This document shows, piece after piece, positions 20,115-30,917 of a stretch of DNA of 64,000 nucleotides (its first letter is position 1; each line of letters opens with the position of its first letter). Both the position numbers and the translations under genes were made by a program. Source of the stretch: Nitrospinota bacterium (GTDB taxonomy: Bacteria > UBA8248); assembly GCA_030754595.1 (NCBI GenBank), contig JASLZZ010000084.1:1-64000 (forward strand). Direction: 5' to 3'. Under the pieces are notes generated by a model. The model did no database searches. It was given only the letters and a program-made list of their open reading frames with translations, and was not told the DNA's origin.

Positions 20115-21692
20115 TCAGTTCCGGTCTCTGAGCACCCTCCGGAGGATTTTGCCGCTTCCCGATTTTGGTATTTGACTGATGAACTCGACCTCGCGGATCT
20201 CCTTGAAGCCGGCCACCTTTCCGCGCACGAACTCGAGGATCTCTTCGGGCTCGGCGCTCTCGCCATCCTTGAGGACAATAAACGCCTTGGGAATTTCTCC
20301 CGCCTCGGGGTCCGCCTTGGGCACGACGGCAACGTCCGCCACCAGGGGATGGTGATGGAGCAGGGCCTCAAGCTCGGCCGGCGCGACCGAGAAGCCCTTG
20401 TATTTGATCATCTCCTTGAGGCGATCGACGATGTAGACGTATTCGTCCTCGTCGATGCGGACAATATCGCCGGTGTGGAACCAGCCGCCCCGGAGGGCGC
20501 GGGCGGTCTCCTCGGGAGCGTTCCAGTAGCCCTGCATGACCTGGGGGCCTTTCAGAGCGAGTTCGCCCACTTCCCCGGTTTCCAGCTCCTGCTCGCCCGT
20601 TTCCAAATCAACAACCTTTTGCTCGAGATCCGAGACAGGCGGCCCGATGGACTCCTCTCTCACCCACTCCTCCTCGAGCGGATTCATATGGGTGACGGGC
20701 GAGGTCTCGGTCAGCCCGTAGCCCATGAAAGTCAGACACCCCGTTTTTTCCTGCGTCAGCCGCCGTACCTCAGGCGGCAGCGGCGCCGCTCCGCTCATGA
20801 TGTAGCGGAGCGATGAGAGATCGTAATTCTCCGTCTCCGGGTGATGGGCGATTGCGAGTAGGGCGGGCGGGACGGCGTGAAAAAGGGTGAGGTGGTGGCG
20901 CTCGATAAGCAAAAGCGCATCCTCGACATCGAATCGGCGCATCAACACCTGCTTGGCCCCGGCGAGGATGAGGCCGCCCATGATCATGCACCCGTAGATA
21001 TGGTAAAGGGGGAGAAAATTCAGGCCGCCGTCGCTCTCGCCGATCCGGTGGTTTGTGATGAACTGGTGATAATTGCACACCAGATTTCGGTGGGAGAGCA
21101 TCACGCCTTTGGGCCGCCCGGTAGTTCCGCTCGAATAGGGAAGGGCGATGAGGTCTTTGGCCTGATCGATCGAGGGCTCATCGGGCGGTTCGGTGATTTC
21201 GGCCGCAATCCATGCGTCGAAGTTCAGGAATCCAGGCGGCGCATCGCCCTCGGTGACGATGATCTCCTTTAGATTGGGAAGATCGCCGCGAACGCTCTCG
21301 ACGAGGGGCATAAGAGGGGCGTGGACGATCAGGGCCCTCGCGCCCGAGTCCTCGAGCTGGTAGTGGATTTCCTCCTCTTTATAGGCCGGGTTGAGGGAGG
21401 TGAGAATCGCGCCCGCCTTCGACCCGCCGAAGAAGGTGATTTCAAACTCCACCGAGTTGGGAGTGAGGAGGGCGACCCGGTCGCCCTTACGGACCCCGAG
21501 CCGGGTGAGGGCGCGGGCGCAGGCGTTCGAGCGCTCCTCGAGGTCCCGGAAGGTGAGTTCGCGCTCTCCGTCTACGAGCGCTATTTTGTCGGGACACCGT
21601 CCGAAGGTTTGGCGCAACAGCCCGTGCAGAGGATAGCCGGGATATTCCAGAGGCGGCCGGAGGTCAGGCGGCGGCTTCGCGCGGGAGGACAC
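20115..21692 (-). CDS. Acyl-CoA synthetase (4-coumarate-CoA ligase-like)
   Basis: YSSGTTGRPKG, GYGLTE, HTGD, DRLKEMIKYKG, PKSGSGK. Confidence 0.92.
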   Translation of the reverse strand: MSSRAKPPPDLRPPLEYPGYPLHGLLRQTFGRCPDKIALVDGERELTFRDLEERSNACARALTRLGVRKGDRVALLTPNSVEFEITFFGGSKAGAILTSLNPAYKEEEIHYQLEDSGARALIVHAPLMPLVESVRGDLPNLKEIIVTEGDAPPGFLNFDAWIAAEITEPPDEPSIDQAKDLIALPYSSGTTGRPKGVMLSHRNLVCNYHQFITNHRIGESDGGLNFLPLYHIYGCMIMGGLILAGAKQVLMRRFDVEDALLLIERHHLTLFHAVPPALLAIAHHPETENYDLSSLRYIMSGAAPLPPEVRRLTQEKTGCLTFMGYGLTETSPVTHMNPLEEEWVREESIGPPVSDLEQKVVDLETGEQELETGEVGELALKGPQVMQGYWNAPEETARALRGGWFHTGDIVRIDEDEYVYIVDRLKEMIKYKGFSVAPAELEALLHHHPLVADVAVVPKADPEAGEIPKAFIVLKDGESAEPEEILEFVRGKVAGFKEIREVEFISQIPKSGSGKILRRVLRDRN

Positions 21693-21732
21693 GGGGAAGA
21701 TCCCTTGAATAGATGAAAAAGTTCCCTGAATT

Positions 21733-23373
21733 CTACAGCTTCGCCGTCAGGGCCCGAAGCTCTTCTATCAGCACCCGCTCGTTTTCGGAATAATCCACCG
21801 GGACTTCGATGAAATGAACCCCCGGCGAATTGATGCATTTCTTTAAAGTAACAGGAAGCTGGGCAGTCGCCTCGATGCGGTGGCCGCTGGCCCCGTAGCT
21901 TTCCGCGTACTTGACGAAATCCGGGTTTCCGTAGTCGAGGCCGAACTCCTGGAAGCCTGCTCCTGCCTGCTTCCATTTGATCATGCCGTAGGCGTTGTCG
22001 CGGAGGACAAGGACCACCAGGTCCATCCCCAACCGGACGGCGGTCTCTAACTCCTGGGAATTCATCATGAAGCCGCCGTCTCCGGCGATGGCCATTACTT
22101 TTTTGTCCGGACAAACGATTTTTGCGCCCATCGCCGAGGGCAGGCCCGCTCCCATCGTGGCCAGCGCGTTGTCGAGCAGGACGGTGTTGGGGGCGTGCGC
22201 CTTGTAGTTTCGGGCGAACCAGATTTTATAGACTCCGTTGTCGAGAGCGATGATTCCGTCGGAGGGCATCGCCTCCCGGACGGTGGCGACGAGGTGTTGC
22301 GGAATGACGGGAAAGCCCTCGTCCCCGCTTTTGTCCTGAACATGGGTTTCCACCTCAATTTTCACTCGGTCGTAGTAGCTGAAATCCCAGTGTGGATTAC
22401 GCTCGAGGAGCCCGGTCAGGCCCTCGACCGTGCTGGCGATGTCCCCGACGACATCGAGTTGAGGGAAATACACTTCGTCCACGTTTGACGTGAAGTTGTT
22501 GATGTGGATGACCTTTGTTCCGCCAGGGTCCATGAAGAAGGGGGGTTTTTCGATTACGTCGTGCCCGACGTTGATGATCAAATCCGCGCTGTGGATCGCC
22601 CAGTGGAGATAGTCGTGATCGGATAGGGCGGCGGTGCCGAGGAATTTAGGGTGCCGCTCATCAATCACCCCCTTGCCCATCTGGGTGTTGAAAAACGGAA
22701 TTTCCGTTTTGTCCACGAAGGCGGTGAGTGCCCGGCTGGTGCGGTTTCGGTTAGCGGCGGCGCCGATGAGAAGAAGAGGCATTTTCGCCGCATTGATCAT
22801 ATCGGCCGCCTGGGCGACGACCTTGCTGTCCGCGCTCGGCCGGCGGCCCCTGAAGACCTCAAAGGTGGCCGCGTTGCTGTCCTCCGAGGCGATGTCCTCG
22901 GGCAGCTCGATGTGGACGGCTCCGGGGCGCTCCTCCTGGGCGATGCGGATGGCCTCGCGGACGAGGACGGGGACGTTGTTTCCGTTCACCACCTGCTTGG
23001 TGAACTTGGTCAGCGGGCGCATCATTTCGACAATGTCGATGATCTGAAATCGCCCCTGCTTGCTTTTCTTGATCGGTTTCTGACCGGTGATCATCAAGAT
23101 CGGCATGGCGCCCAGCTGGGCGTAGGCAGCGGGGGTGACGAGGTTGGTGGCCCCTGGCCCGAGGGTGGACATGCAAACGCCCGCCTTTCCGGTCAGCCGC
23201 CCATAGGTCGCCGCCATGAATCCGGCGCCTTGTTCGTGGCGGGTGAGGATCAGCTTGATCGATGAATTCCGGAGGGATTCGAGAATATCGAGATTCTCCT
23301 CCCCCGGTATTCCGAAAATGTATTCGACCCCCTCCTGTTCGAGGGCCCGCACAAACAGATCTGATGTCTTCAT
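21733..23373 (-). CDS. Acetolactate synthase large-subunit family (ThDP)
   Basis: FGIPGEEN, TRHEQ, TLGPGATN, GDGGFMMNSQE. Confidence 0.9.
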   Translation of the reverse strand: MKTSDLFVRALEQEGVEYIFGIPGEENLDILESLRNSSIKLILTRHEQGAGFMAATYGRLTGKAGVCMSTLGPGATNLVTPAAYAQLGAMPILMITGQKPIKKSKQGRFQIIDIVEMMRPLTKFTKQVVNGNNVPVLVREAIRIAQEERPGAVHIELPEDIASEDSNAATFEVFRGRRPSADSKVVAQAADMINAAKMPLLLIGAAANRNRTSRALTAFVDKTEIPFFNTQMGKGVIDERHPKFLGTAALSDHDYLHWAIHSADLIINVGHDVIEKPPFFMDPGGTKVIHINNFTSNVDEVYFPQLDVVGDIASTVEGLTGLLERNPHWDFSYYDRVKIEVETHVQDKSGDEGFPVIPQHLVATVREAMPSDGIIALDNGVYKIWFARNYKAHAPNTVLLDNALATMGAGLPSAMGAKIVCPDKKVMAIAGDGGFMMNSQELETAVRLGMDLVVLVLRDNAYGMIKWKQAGAGFQEFGLDYGNPDFVKYAESYGASGHRIEATAQLPVTLKKCINSPGVHFIEVPVDYSENERVLIEELRALTAKL

Positions 23374-23431
23374 CGAACCCTCTCCCAAGGCCGCCGGAGT
23401 TTCAGGGGCGGCTGAATTGAATTCCGTTGTT

Positions 23432-24793
23432 TTAGGCGTTTCCGAACGATTCGCAAATCGCGGCCATGTATTTCGCTCCGTTGATAAGGTGCTCGACCTT
23501 GAGGTTTTCGTTCGCGCTGTGGGTCCGGGCGGTGATGTAGCCCACCCCGGTTCCCACGAGCGGAATCCCCAGGTTCCGGATGACCATCCAGGTGGGCGTG
23601 CTTCCGCTGCCGAAAGGATTGATCACCGCCTCGGCATCATACACGCGGCGCGAGGCCTCTTGGCATGCCTTGACCGTGATGCTCTCGGGGTCGCTTTTCG
23701 CCGGAAGCGATTTGAACAGAAGCTCGACCTCGATATCCTCGAAGCCGTGGCGGTCCAGATGGCGGCGGACGCAGTCGCGGATCTTTTCGGGGTCTTGGTC
23801 CACCACGAGGCGGCAATCGATCTTGGCTCTCGCCCGGCCCGAAACGATGGTCTTGACCCCCTCGCCGGTGTAGCCCGCGTCCATTCCCGCGATGTTGAAG
23901 GAGGGATTCGTCAGGTGCCGCCGGGGAAGTTCCTCGTCGGGAAGATCGAGGGCGAGGCGGCGAAGGTTGAATTTCTTTTTTCGCTCGGCGCCGTCGTAGG
24001 GCTTCATCAGCCTGACGAGCTCTTCCTCTTTTTCGGTCAGGGGGGTCACGTCGTCGTAGAATCCTTCGACAAGTACTTTTTCATCGGAGCCCTTCATCGA
24101 GGCGAGCGCCCAGTTGAGGCGCCAGGCTGCGTTTTCATAAATCTGGGCGTGGCTGCTGTGAAAATCGACGTTCGCGGTGCGGCAGCGCAACTCAAGGTAG
24201 CAAAGCCCCTTGTTGCCCAGCGAGAGGACGGGCACGTCCTCCCGGAAAGTATCCTCCCAGATGCAGCCGTCCACAGAGAGCATGTCCTTGTTCTCGTTGA
24301 TGAAGGGAAGGAGGGAGGGGCTGCCAATCTCCTCTTCGCCCTCGATGATGTACATGACGGAGCAGGGAAGCTCGCCTCGCACGGCGAGAAACGCCTCGAA
24401 CGCGGCGAGGCGGCTGATGATGTTGCCTTTATTATCCGTCGCCCCGCGCGCGACGACGTAGCCGTCCACCACGTTTGCCTCAAAGGGCGGGCTCGTCCAC
24501 TCGTCGAGCGGGTCGGGGGGCTGAACGTCGTAGTGATTGTAGAAAAGAAGGGTCTTCGCTCCCGCTCCGGTTAGACGCCCCGTCACGATGGGGTGTCCCC
24601 CGGTTTTGTGAATTGTGGCTTCGAGACCTGCCCGCTCCAGACGCTCGAGGATGAGCGCGGCCATTTCGTCGATTCCGATATGAGTTGTCGAGATGCTTTT
24701 CTGTCGGCAAAGCTCCTGGAGGTCCGAGACGATCCGATCGGTGTTTTCCTCGATGTGGCTGAGGACGGCATCGAGTTCATCTGAAGCAGGCAT
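23432..24793 (-). CDS. M20-family metallopeptidase/deacylase
   Basis: YNHYDVQP, RGATDNKG, EGEEEIGS, HSANEN. Confidence 0.9.
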   Translation of the reverse strand: MPASDELDAVLSHIEENTDRIVSDLQELCRQKSISTTHIGIDEMAALILERLERAGLEATIHKTGGHPIVTGRLTGAGAKTLLFYNHYDVQPPDPLDEWTSPPFEANVVDGYVVARGATDNKGNIISRLAAFEAFLAVRGELPCSVMYIIEGEEEIGSPSLLPFINENKDMLSVDGCIWEDTFREDVPVLSLGNKGLCYLELRCRTANVDFHSSHAQIYENAAWRLNWALASMKGSDEKVLVEGFYDDVTPLTEKEEELVRLMKPYDGAERKKKFNLRRLALDLPDEELPRRHLTNPSFNIAGMDAGYTGEGVKTIVSGRARAKIDCRLVVDQDPEKIRDCVRRHLDRHGFEDIEVELLFKSLPAKSDPESITVKACQEASRRVYDAEAVINPFGSGSTPTWMVIRNLGIPLVGTGVGYITARTHSANENLKVEHLINGAKYMAAICESFGNA

Positions 24794-24935
24794 GAAAACG
24801 GCTCCTTTTCTGCCAGGGATAATTCGCGCGGAGGGTTTGTGTTTTTTTTTGCCGTGAAGATATGATGCCCTATCGTTTCAATAAATGAAATCGGCGGAAT
24901 ATTCCGGCAAAACCCGATGAAAAGGGGATTATGCA

Positions 24936-26111
24936 ATGGCTGACGCGCCAGCGAGCAACACGTGGTTCACCTACTTTCCCAAGGACTACCGTTGGTCGTC
25001 CGCGATTTGCGGCATGCTGACCGGCGCCCGGTGGGGGGGGACCGAGATCGGAGAGGTCGATCAGGTGGGCCGCCGCCTCGCCAGGAAGATGGGCGACGAT
25101 AACCACTGGTTCCGCGAGTGGGTGCGGATGGCGGACCGGGTGCGGGAGCTTGGCCGCGCGGCCGAGCGAAAGGGGAATAACATCTCCGCCGGGGAGCACT
25201 ATAAGCGCGCCTGCAACTACTACCAGATGGCCGAGCGCTTCCGCACGCCCAAGGACAAAAAAGCCCTCGACGCTTTCCGGAAGGGAGTGAACTGCTTTCA
25301 CCGATTCGCCCGTTTGACCGATCAGCCCAAGATTGAAATCGTGGAGGTTCCCTTCGAGGGAAGAAAAAAACTTCCGGGGTATTTCGTTCACGCCCAGAAC
25401 ACCCGAAAGGCGAAACCGCCCGTCGTCGTCTTTTTTGACGGCCTCGACATCACGAAGGAGCTCCAGTTCATGCGCGGCGTGGAGGGCTTGGTGCGCCGGG
25501 GGATGAGTTGCCTTGTGATGGACGGGCCCGGTACAGGAGAGGCAATCCGGTTCCGCAAGATTTATTTGCGCCCCGATTACGAGACCGCCGGTTCGGCCGC
25601 GCTGGACTACCTTGAAAAGCGGAAGGACGTGAACGCGAAGAAGGCGGGGATCATGGCGGTCAGCCTGGGCGGCTACTACGCCCCGCGGATTGCCAGCCTT
25701 GAGCGGCGCTATAAGGCTTGTGTCGCCTGGGGGGCGATTTGGGACTACTACGCCACCTGGAAAAAGCGCATCGACGAATCTTTCAAAACGGAATTGTCGG
25801 TGCCGGGCCACCATATAGAATGGATTCTGAATGCAAAGACCCTCGATGAGGCTCTCGAAAAGCTTGACGGTTTCCGCCTCGACGGGGTGGTTCAGAAGAT
25901 GCGTTGTCCCTTCCTGCTTACCCACGGGGCGGATGACAAACAGATATCCTTGAAGGACGCCCGCGCGCTCTACAATGCGGTGGGCTCAAAGGACAAGACC
26001 ATGAAAGTGTTCTCCGTGGCCGAGGGCGGAGCCCAGCACTGCCAGCGCGACAACCTCTCCATCGGGACGACGTATATGTTCGATTGGCTCAAAGATAAAC
26101 TGGGGGCCTGA
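24936..26111 (+). CDS. Alpha/beta hydrolase, FrsA/2,6-dihydroxypseudooxynicotine hydrolase-like
   Basis: FDGLDITKE, DGPGTGE, AVSLGGYYAPR, HGADD, GGAQHCQ. Confidence 0.88.
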   Translation: MADAPASNTWFTYFPKDYRWSSAICGMLTGARWGGTEIGEVDQVGRRLARKMGDDNHWFREWVRMADRVRELGRAAERKGNNISAGEHYKRACNYYQMAERFRTPKDKKALDAFRKGVNCFHRFARLTDQPKIEIVEVPFEGRKKLPGYFVHAQNTRKAKPPVVVFFDGLDITKELQFMRGVEGLVRRGMSCLVMDGPGTGEAIRFRKIYLRPDYETAGSAALDYLEKRKDVNAKKAGIMAVSLGGYYAPRIASLERRYKACVAWGAIWDYYATWKKRIDESFKTELSVPGHHIEWILNAKTLDEALEKLDGFRLDGVVQKMRCPFLLTHGADDKQISLKDARALYNAVGSKDKTMKVFSVAEGGAQHCQRDNLSIGTTYMFDWLKDKLGA

Positions 26112-26192
26112 TCCCCCTCGGTTTTTCTATTTGATTCCGTTCGGCGTACGGGGCGCTTCGATGCGCCCCTTCCGAGAAATGGAGAGTATTCA

Positions 26193-27377
26193 ATGGCACG
26201 AAAACCAAAAGCGCTCGCGAAGGCCACCTGGTTCACCTATTTTCCCGACGACTACCGCTGGTCGGCGGCGATCAGCATTTTATGTTCGATGGCCAACTGG
26301 GGCGGCGCCTCGATGGGCGAGATCGACCAGGTGGGCCGGCGGCTGGCGAAAAAAATCGGAGATGACAATCACTGGTTCCGCGAATGGGAGCGGATGGGAG
26401 ATCGCCTGAGGGACCTGGGGCTCGCGTCGGAGCGCAAGAAAAATAACCTGAGCGCCGCCGATTTCCACAAGCGTGCCTGCATGTATTACCAGCTGGGCGA
26501 GCGCTTCAGGACGCCCAAGGACAAGAAGGCGAAAGCCTGCTACCGGAAAGCGCTCGACTGTTTCGCGCGCTTCGCCCGCCTCACCGACCGCGCGCGGATC
26601 GAGCGGGTCGAAATTCCCTATGAAAATGGGAAAAAGCTCCCCGCCTATTTCGTCCATGCCCAGAACACGAAAAAGGCGAAACCGCCGATCGTCGTTTATT
26701 TCGACGGCTTTGACGTCTCGAAGGAGATTCAGTTTGTGTTCGGTGCCGAGGATCTGATTCGCCGCGGCATCAGCGTCCTTCTCGTGGACGCGCCCGGAAA
26801 CGGCGAGTCCATTAGATTCCGGAATCTCTACCTGCGCCACGATCACGAGGTCGCCGGCTCGGCGGCGCTGGACTACCTCGAAAAAAGAAAGGACGTGAAC
26901 GTGAGGCGGGCCGGGGTGATGGCTATCAGCCTGGGCGGCTACTACGCGCCCCGGAACGCCAGCATGGAAAAACGCTTCAAGGCCTGCATCGCCTGGGGCG
27001 CCCAGTGGGACTACCAGAAAATATGGGAGGATCGCATCGCGGCGGCCTACAAGACGGCGCTCTCCGTGCCGGGGCACCATCTCACCTGGATCTTCAACGT
27101 CAAGACGATGGACGAGGCCCTGGTAAAGCTCGAGGGGTTCAAGCTTGGCGGGGTGGTTGAGAAGATGCGGTGTCCCTTCCTGCTCGTGCACGGTGAGGAC
27201 GACCAGCAGATTTCAACGCGCGTGGCGCGTCAGCTATTTAACGCCGTCGGCTCAAAGGACAAGACCTTGAAAGTGTTCACGGGCAAGGAGGGCGGCGCGC
27301 AGCACTGTCAGATGGACAATGTGGCCCTCGCGGTGTCCTATATGTCGGATTGGCTCAAGGAGAAGCTCAAGGCCTAG
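26193..27377 (+). CDS. Alpha/beta hydrolase, tandem paralogue of the upstream gene
   Basis: FDGFDVSKE, AISLGGYYAPR, HGEDD, GGAQHCQ; colinear with 24936-26111. Confidence 0.88.
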   Translation: MARKPKALAKATWFTYFPDDYRWSAAISILCSMANWGGASMGEIDQVGRRLAKKIGDDNHWFREWERMGDRLRDLGLASERKKNNLSAADFHKRACMYYQLGERFRTPKDKKAKACYRKALDCFARFARLTDRARIERVEIPYENGKKLPAYFVHAQNTKKAKPPIVVYFDGFDVSKEIQFVFGAEDLIRRGISVLLVDAPGNGESIRFRNLYLRHDHEVAGSAALDYLEKRKDVNVRRAGVMAISLGGYYAPRNASMEKRFKACIAWGAQWDYQKIWEDRIAAAYKTALSVPGHHLTWIFNVKTMDEALVKLEGFKLGGVVEKMRCPFLLVHGEDDQQISTRVARQLFNAVGSKDKTLKVFTGKEGGAQHCQMDNVALAVSYMSDWLKEKLKA

Positions 27378-27385
27378 GAAAAGGC

Positions 27386-28309
27386 TTACTCGGCGATTCG
27401 TTTCATCCTCGGGTCGAGAACGTCGCGGAGCCAGTCGCCCAAAAGGTTAACGCTCAGGACCGTGAGCATCAGAACGATGCCCGGAAAGAGGGCGATCCAC
27501 CAGGCGGTGTCGAGAAAAGAGCGCCCGTCGGCGAGCATCCCGCCCCAGGTGGGTGTTGGCGGCGGAACGCCCAGCCCGAGGAACGAAAGCGCGGACTCGA
27601 TGATGATCATCCGCCCCAGGTATAGGGTGGCGATGACGATAGTCGTGGATATCACGTTGGGAAACAAGTAGAAGAATAGTATCCGTATCGTGCTGCATCC
27701 CGCCGCCTTCGCGCCGATCACGAACTCGTTTTCCTTCAGCGAGAGCACCTCGCCGCGCACCACGCGCGCATAGACGATCCATGTCCTCAGGGCGATAACC
27801 AGTATGATGTTCTGAAGACTCGGCCCCAGGATGGCGACCAGACTGATGGCCAGTAGAATAAACGGCACCGCCAGCGCCGTATCGACAATCCGGCTGATGA
27901 TGGTGTCCGCCCACCCTCCGAAATAGCCCGCCACAATTCCGATGGTGATTCCGATTATGCCGCTGATGATAACGGCGGTGACTCCCACGATGAGGGAGAT
28001 TCGCGAGCCCCAGATGATGCGGCTGAGAATGTCCCGGCCCTGTTGATCGGTTCCCAAATGGTAGACACGGCCCGCCGTGTCAGTGAATCCGGGCGGCTTG
28101 GTGTAGCGGGTCAGGTCCTGATCGACCGGGTCGAGGGGGGAGAACGCCCCGGGAATGATGGCGAAGGTGATCACGATGACGAGGATGATCAGGCCCAGGA
28201 TGGCCGGCGGGCGCCGCTTGAGCTCGCGTATGGCCAACTGAAACTCGGAGGGCCCGCGCTCATCATCGGCGATAATGTTAGCCATGGACTGGGACTGTTC
28301 GACTGCCAT
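27386..28309 (-). CDS. Peptide/nickel ABC transporter permease (DppC-like)
   Basis: LGTDQQGRDILSR, EAA-type loop EFVIGAKAAG, ESALSFLGLG. Confidence 0.92.
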   Translation of the reverse strand: MAVEQSQSMANIIADDERGPSEFQLAIRELKRRPPAILGLIILVIVITFAIIPGAFSPLDPVDQDLTRYTKPPGFTDTAGRVYHLGTDQQGRDILSRIIWGSRISLIVGVTAVIISGIIGITIGIVAGYFGGWADTIISRIVDTALAVPFILLAISLVAILGPSLQNIILVIALRTWIVYARVVRGEVLSLKENEFVIGAKAAGCSTIRILFFYLFPNVISTTIVIATLYLGRMIIIESALSFLGLGVPPPTPTWGGMLADGRSFLDTAWWIALFPGIVLMLTVLSVNLLGDWLRDVLDPRMKRIAE

Positions 28310-28333
28310 TTCAATCGCTCCCGTACCGGTCGC

Positions 28334-29347
28334 TTAGCTGTACGAAATCCGGGGATCGAGCCAGGCGTAGAGGAGATCCACGACCAGATTCACGAATACG
28401 AATACGAATGCCAACAAGGCCACCGCCGCCTGGACGATGGGGTAGTCCTGGTTGCTGATGGCGTCCACCACCAAAAACCCCACGCCCGGCCAGGCGAATA
28501 CGGCCTCGGTAACGACGGTTCCGCCGAGGAGGATTCCCAATTCCAGCCCCACCAGCGTCACGACGGGGATCGAGGCGTTCTTGAGAGCGTGATGGAGGAT
28601 GACCAGCCATTCGGCCACACCCTTCGATCGGGCGGTGCGGACGTAATCCATCTCGAGGACATCGAGCATCTGCGAGCGCACAAGGCGCGTAATGCGGGCG
28701 GTGGCGTACAGGCCCGCCGTGACCGCCGGAAGGATGATGTAGTACCAGGCCTCGAAGCCCGAGGTGGGAAGCCAGCCGAGATAGACCGAGAAAAATATGA
28801 TGAGCAGGAGGCCCAGCCAAAAATTGGGCATGGACTGCCCGAACATCGATCCCACCGAGCTTGTATGATCGATCCAGGTGTTCTTGAAGGTGGCCGAGAG
28901 CACCCCCGCCGGTATCGAAATCAAAATCGCGATGACCACCGATGTGAATGCGAGGAGGACGGTATTCGGGAAGTGCTCCAGGACAAGGCCCATCGCGGGT
29001 ATTTCGTGGCGGTATGAGAAGCCGAAATCCCCGCGTATGACGCCCAGGGTTTTCACCCGCTCGGCGTTTTCTATATCGACGTCGGAAGTCTTGATATTCT
29101 GAATTTCCCCTTCCAGAAAATAATCGACGGTATCCACCCCGAAGAGGAATTTGGCGAACTGGATGGGGAGCGGCTGGTCGAAGCCCATCTCCTTGGCGAA
29201 GGCGGCCACTTCCTCTTCGGTGGACTCCAGGGGCATCAGAATCGCGGCCGGGCTCCCCGTGATCTGGAGCATCGAAAAAACGATCACCAGAATCGCGGCG
29301 AAAACGATCAGGCTCTGAAGCACTCGGCGAATAATATATGCGCGCAT
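28334..29347 (-). CDS. Peptide/nickel ABC transporter permease (DppB-like)
   Basis: MRAYIIRR, GDFGFS, DYVRTARSKG, TEAVFAWPGVG, LDPRI. Confidence 0.92.
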   Translation of the reverse strand: MRAYIIRRVLQSLIVFAAILVIVFSMLQITGSPAAILMPLESTEEEVAAFAKEMGFDQPLPIQFAKFLFGVDTVDYFLEGEIQNIKTSDVDIENAERVKTLGVIRGDFGFSYRHEIPAMGLVLEHFPNTVLLAFTSVVIAILISIPAGVLSATFKNTWIDHTSSVGSMFGQSMPNFWLGLLLIIFFSVYLGWLPTSGFEAWYYIILPAVTAGLYATARITRLVRSQMLDVLEMDYVRTARSKGVAEWLVILHHALKNASIPVVTLVGLELGILLGGTVVTEAVFAWPGVGFLVVDAISNQDYPIVQAAVALLAFVFVFVNLVVDLLYAWLDPRISYS

Positions 29348-29628
29348 ACGGCCATCCGTGGGCAAGGACAATCGGGAAAAAATATTCCGGACTCTTTTGT
29401 TCCGTTGGCAGCGTAATCCTCGCGTTCTTTTTTGCCGCCGTCAAGGCGGAAAACGGATACGGAGAAGGGCGGCCTCGGAGATTTCCGGGCCCCCGCCGGG
29501 GTGCGCAGGCGGAGCCGCGCACATGGACATCCAGGGAGCGAATCCCGTAGGATACCCTTTGTTCAACCCCAGGTTAAGTGTGGTTTTTATCGAAACTCCG
29601 CTACCACTCGGCGCGGAGGAGAGCGGTC

Positions 29629-29865
29629 ATGTCCGTCCAGGCGAAGCTGGATCATATCGGTCTCAACGTGAGGGATCGCGAGCGTTCGATTCGCCGGTAT
29701 CGTGACGTTCCCGGTTGTCGGCTATCGGATTGCCTCCCCGGTGGAGACACCGGGGAGCCCGCCGTGCCGGACGGAATCAAAATCGAAATATCGCACGGCA
29801 TGAAAACCGTGAACATGGACTACGGCAACCGATACGATATCGCCCGGAAAATCGCGGCCTCCTGA
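29629..29865 (+). pseudogene. VOC/glyoxalase-family gene with an internal deletion
   Basis: GGAGGAG RBS; N-terminal LDHIGLNVRDRERSIRRYRDV lies close to the C-terminal PDGIKIEIS motif; only 78 aa. Confidence 0.6.
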
Positions 29866-29899
29866 AGTCTTCTTTAACCATGCACTTTAGGGAAATCAT

Positions 29900-30883
29900 A
29901 TGAAACTCGCCACCTACCGGAATACGGCCCCCGGCGCGACGGGAGATCGGCTGGGCGCCGTTTTGTCGAACGGAAACATGGCCGATCTCAGGCTCACCTA
30001 TGCGGCCTATCTCGCCCGCGAGGAGGGGGAGGGGCGCCCCTACGCGATGGCGAACGCGCGGATTCCACGCGATATGACCGAATTTCTGGCGGGCGGCGCC
30101 CCCGCCCTCGACGCCGCCAGCGTGGCGGTGGATTTCGCAGAAAGTGACCTCCGCTCCGGAGCCGATCCGGTGGGGCCAAACGGGGAGCTTTGCGCCCTCA
30201 AGCCGAAACACTTCCGCCTTCGCGCCGTGATTCCCCGCCCGGGCAAGTTTCTCCATACCGGCCTCAATTCGAAAAAACACGTTGAGAACACCGGAAACAA
30301 AGCGCCCGAAAACGTCGCCGGCGCGCCCCGGTTCATTTCATCACTCATCGGACACGAGGAGCCGGTGGTCCACCCGAGGCAAACCCAGCGATTCGACTAC
30401 GAGGTGGAGGTGGGCATTGTCATCGGAAAGCGCTGCAAGGACGTCAAGCCCGAGAATGCCTTCGACGCCGTCGTCGGTTACACGATCTACAACGACCTCA
30501 CCGCCCGCGAGGTCCAGCGCTCGCCGGCGCTGGGCGGTGTTTTTCTCGGAAAGAATTTCGACACCACCAATCCAATCGGCCCCTATCTCGTCACCGCCGA
30601 CGAGGTGCCCAGCCCGAACGAGCTTCTGGTGGAGTGCCGCGTGAACGGCGACGTGCGCCAGCACGAGCGGCTGACGGACATGATCTTCGACATCCCGACC
30701 CTGGTTTCATTCTTTAGCCAGATGACACTCGAGCCGGGAGACATCATTTCATCGGGGACCTTCGGCGGAGTCGCCCACGAACAGCCCGACCCCGAGCCTT
30801 ATTTCCTGAAGCCGGGCCACGTCGTCGAGTGCGAGGTCGAGCACCTGGGCATCTTGCGTAATCCCATCGTCGCGGTCGAGTAG
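29900..30883 (+). CDS. Fumarylacetoacetate hydrolase family protein
   Basis: DYEVEVGIVIGK, GYTIYNDLTAR, GKNFD, TLEPGDII. Confidence 0.92.
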   Translation: MKLATYRNTAPGATGDRLGAVLSNGNMADLRLTYAAYLAREEGEGRPYAMANARIPRDMTEFLAGGAPALDAASVAVDFAESDLRSGADPVGPNGELCALKPKHFRLRAVIPRPGKFLHTGLNSKKHVENTGNKAPENVAGAPRFISSLIGHEEPVVHPRQTQRFDYEVEVGIVIGKRCKDVKPENAFDAVVGYTIYNDLTAREVQRSPALGGVFLGKNFDTTNPIGPYLVTADEVPSPNELLVECRVNGDVRQHERLTDMIFDIPTLVSFFSQMTLEPGDIISSGTFGGVAHEQPDPEPYFLKPGHVVECEVEHLGILRNPIVAVE

Positions 30884-30917
30884 TTGCTGCGTGGGCGTCG
30901 CCGGGTTGTAGTCCGCT

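Noticed and set aside
24870..27191. Long antisense ORFs similar to each other (also 5773-6915 and 32601-34052)
   Set aside because: Shadow frames of the paralogous hydrolases; high-GC codon bias explains both the openness and the similarity
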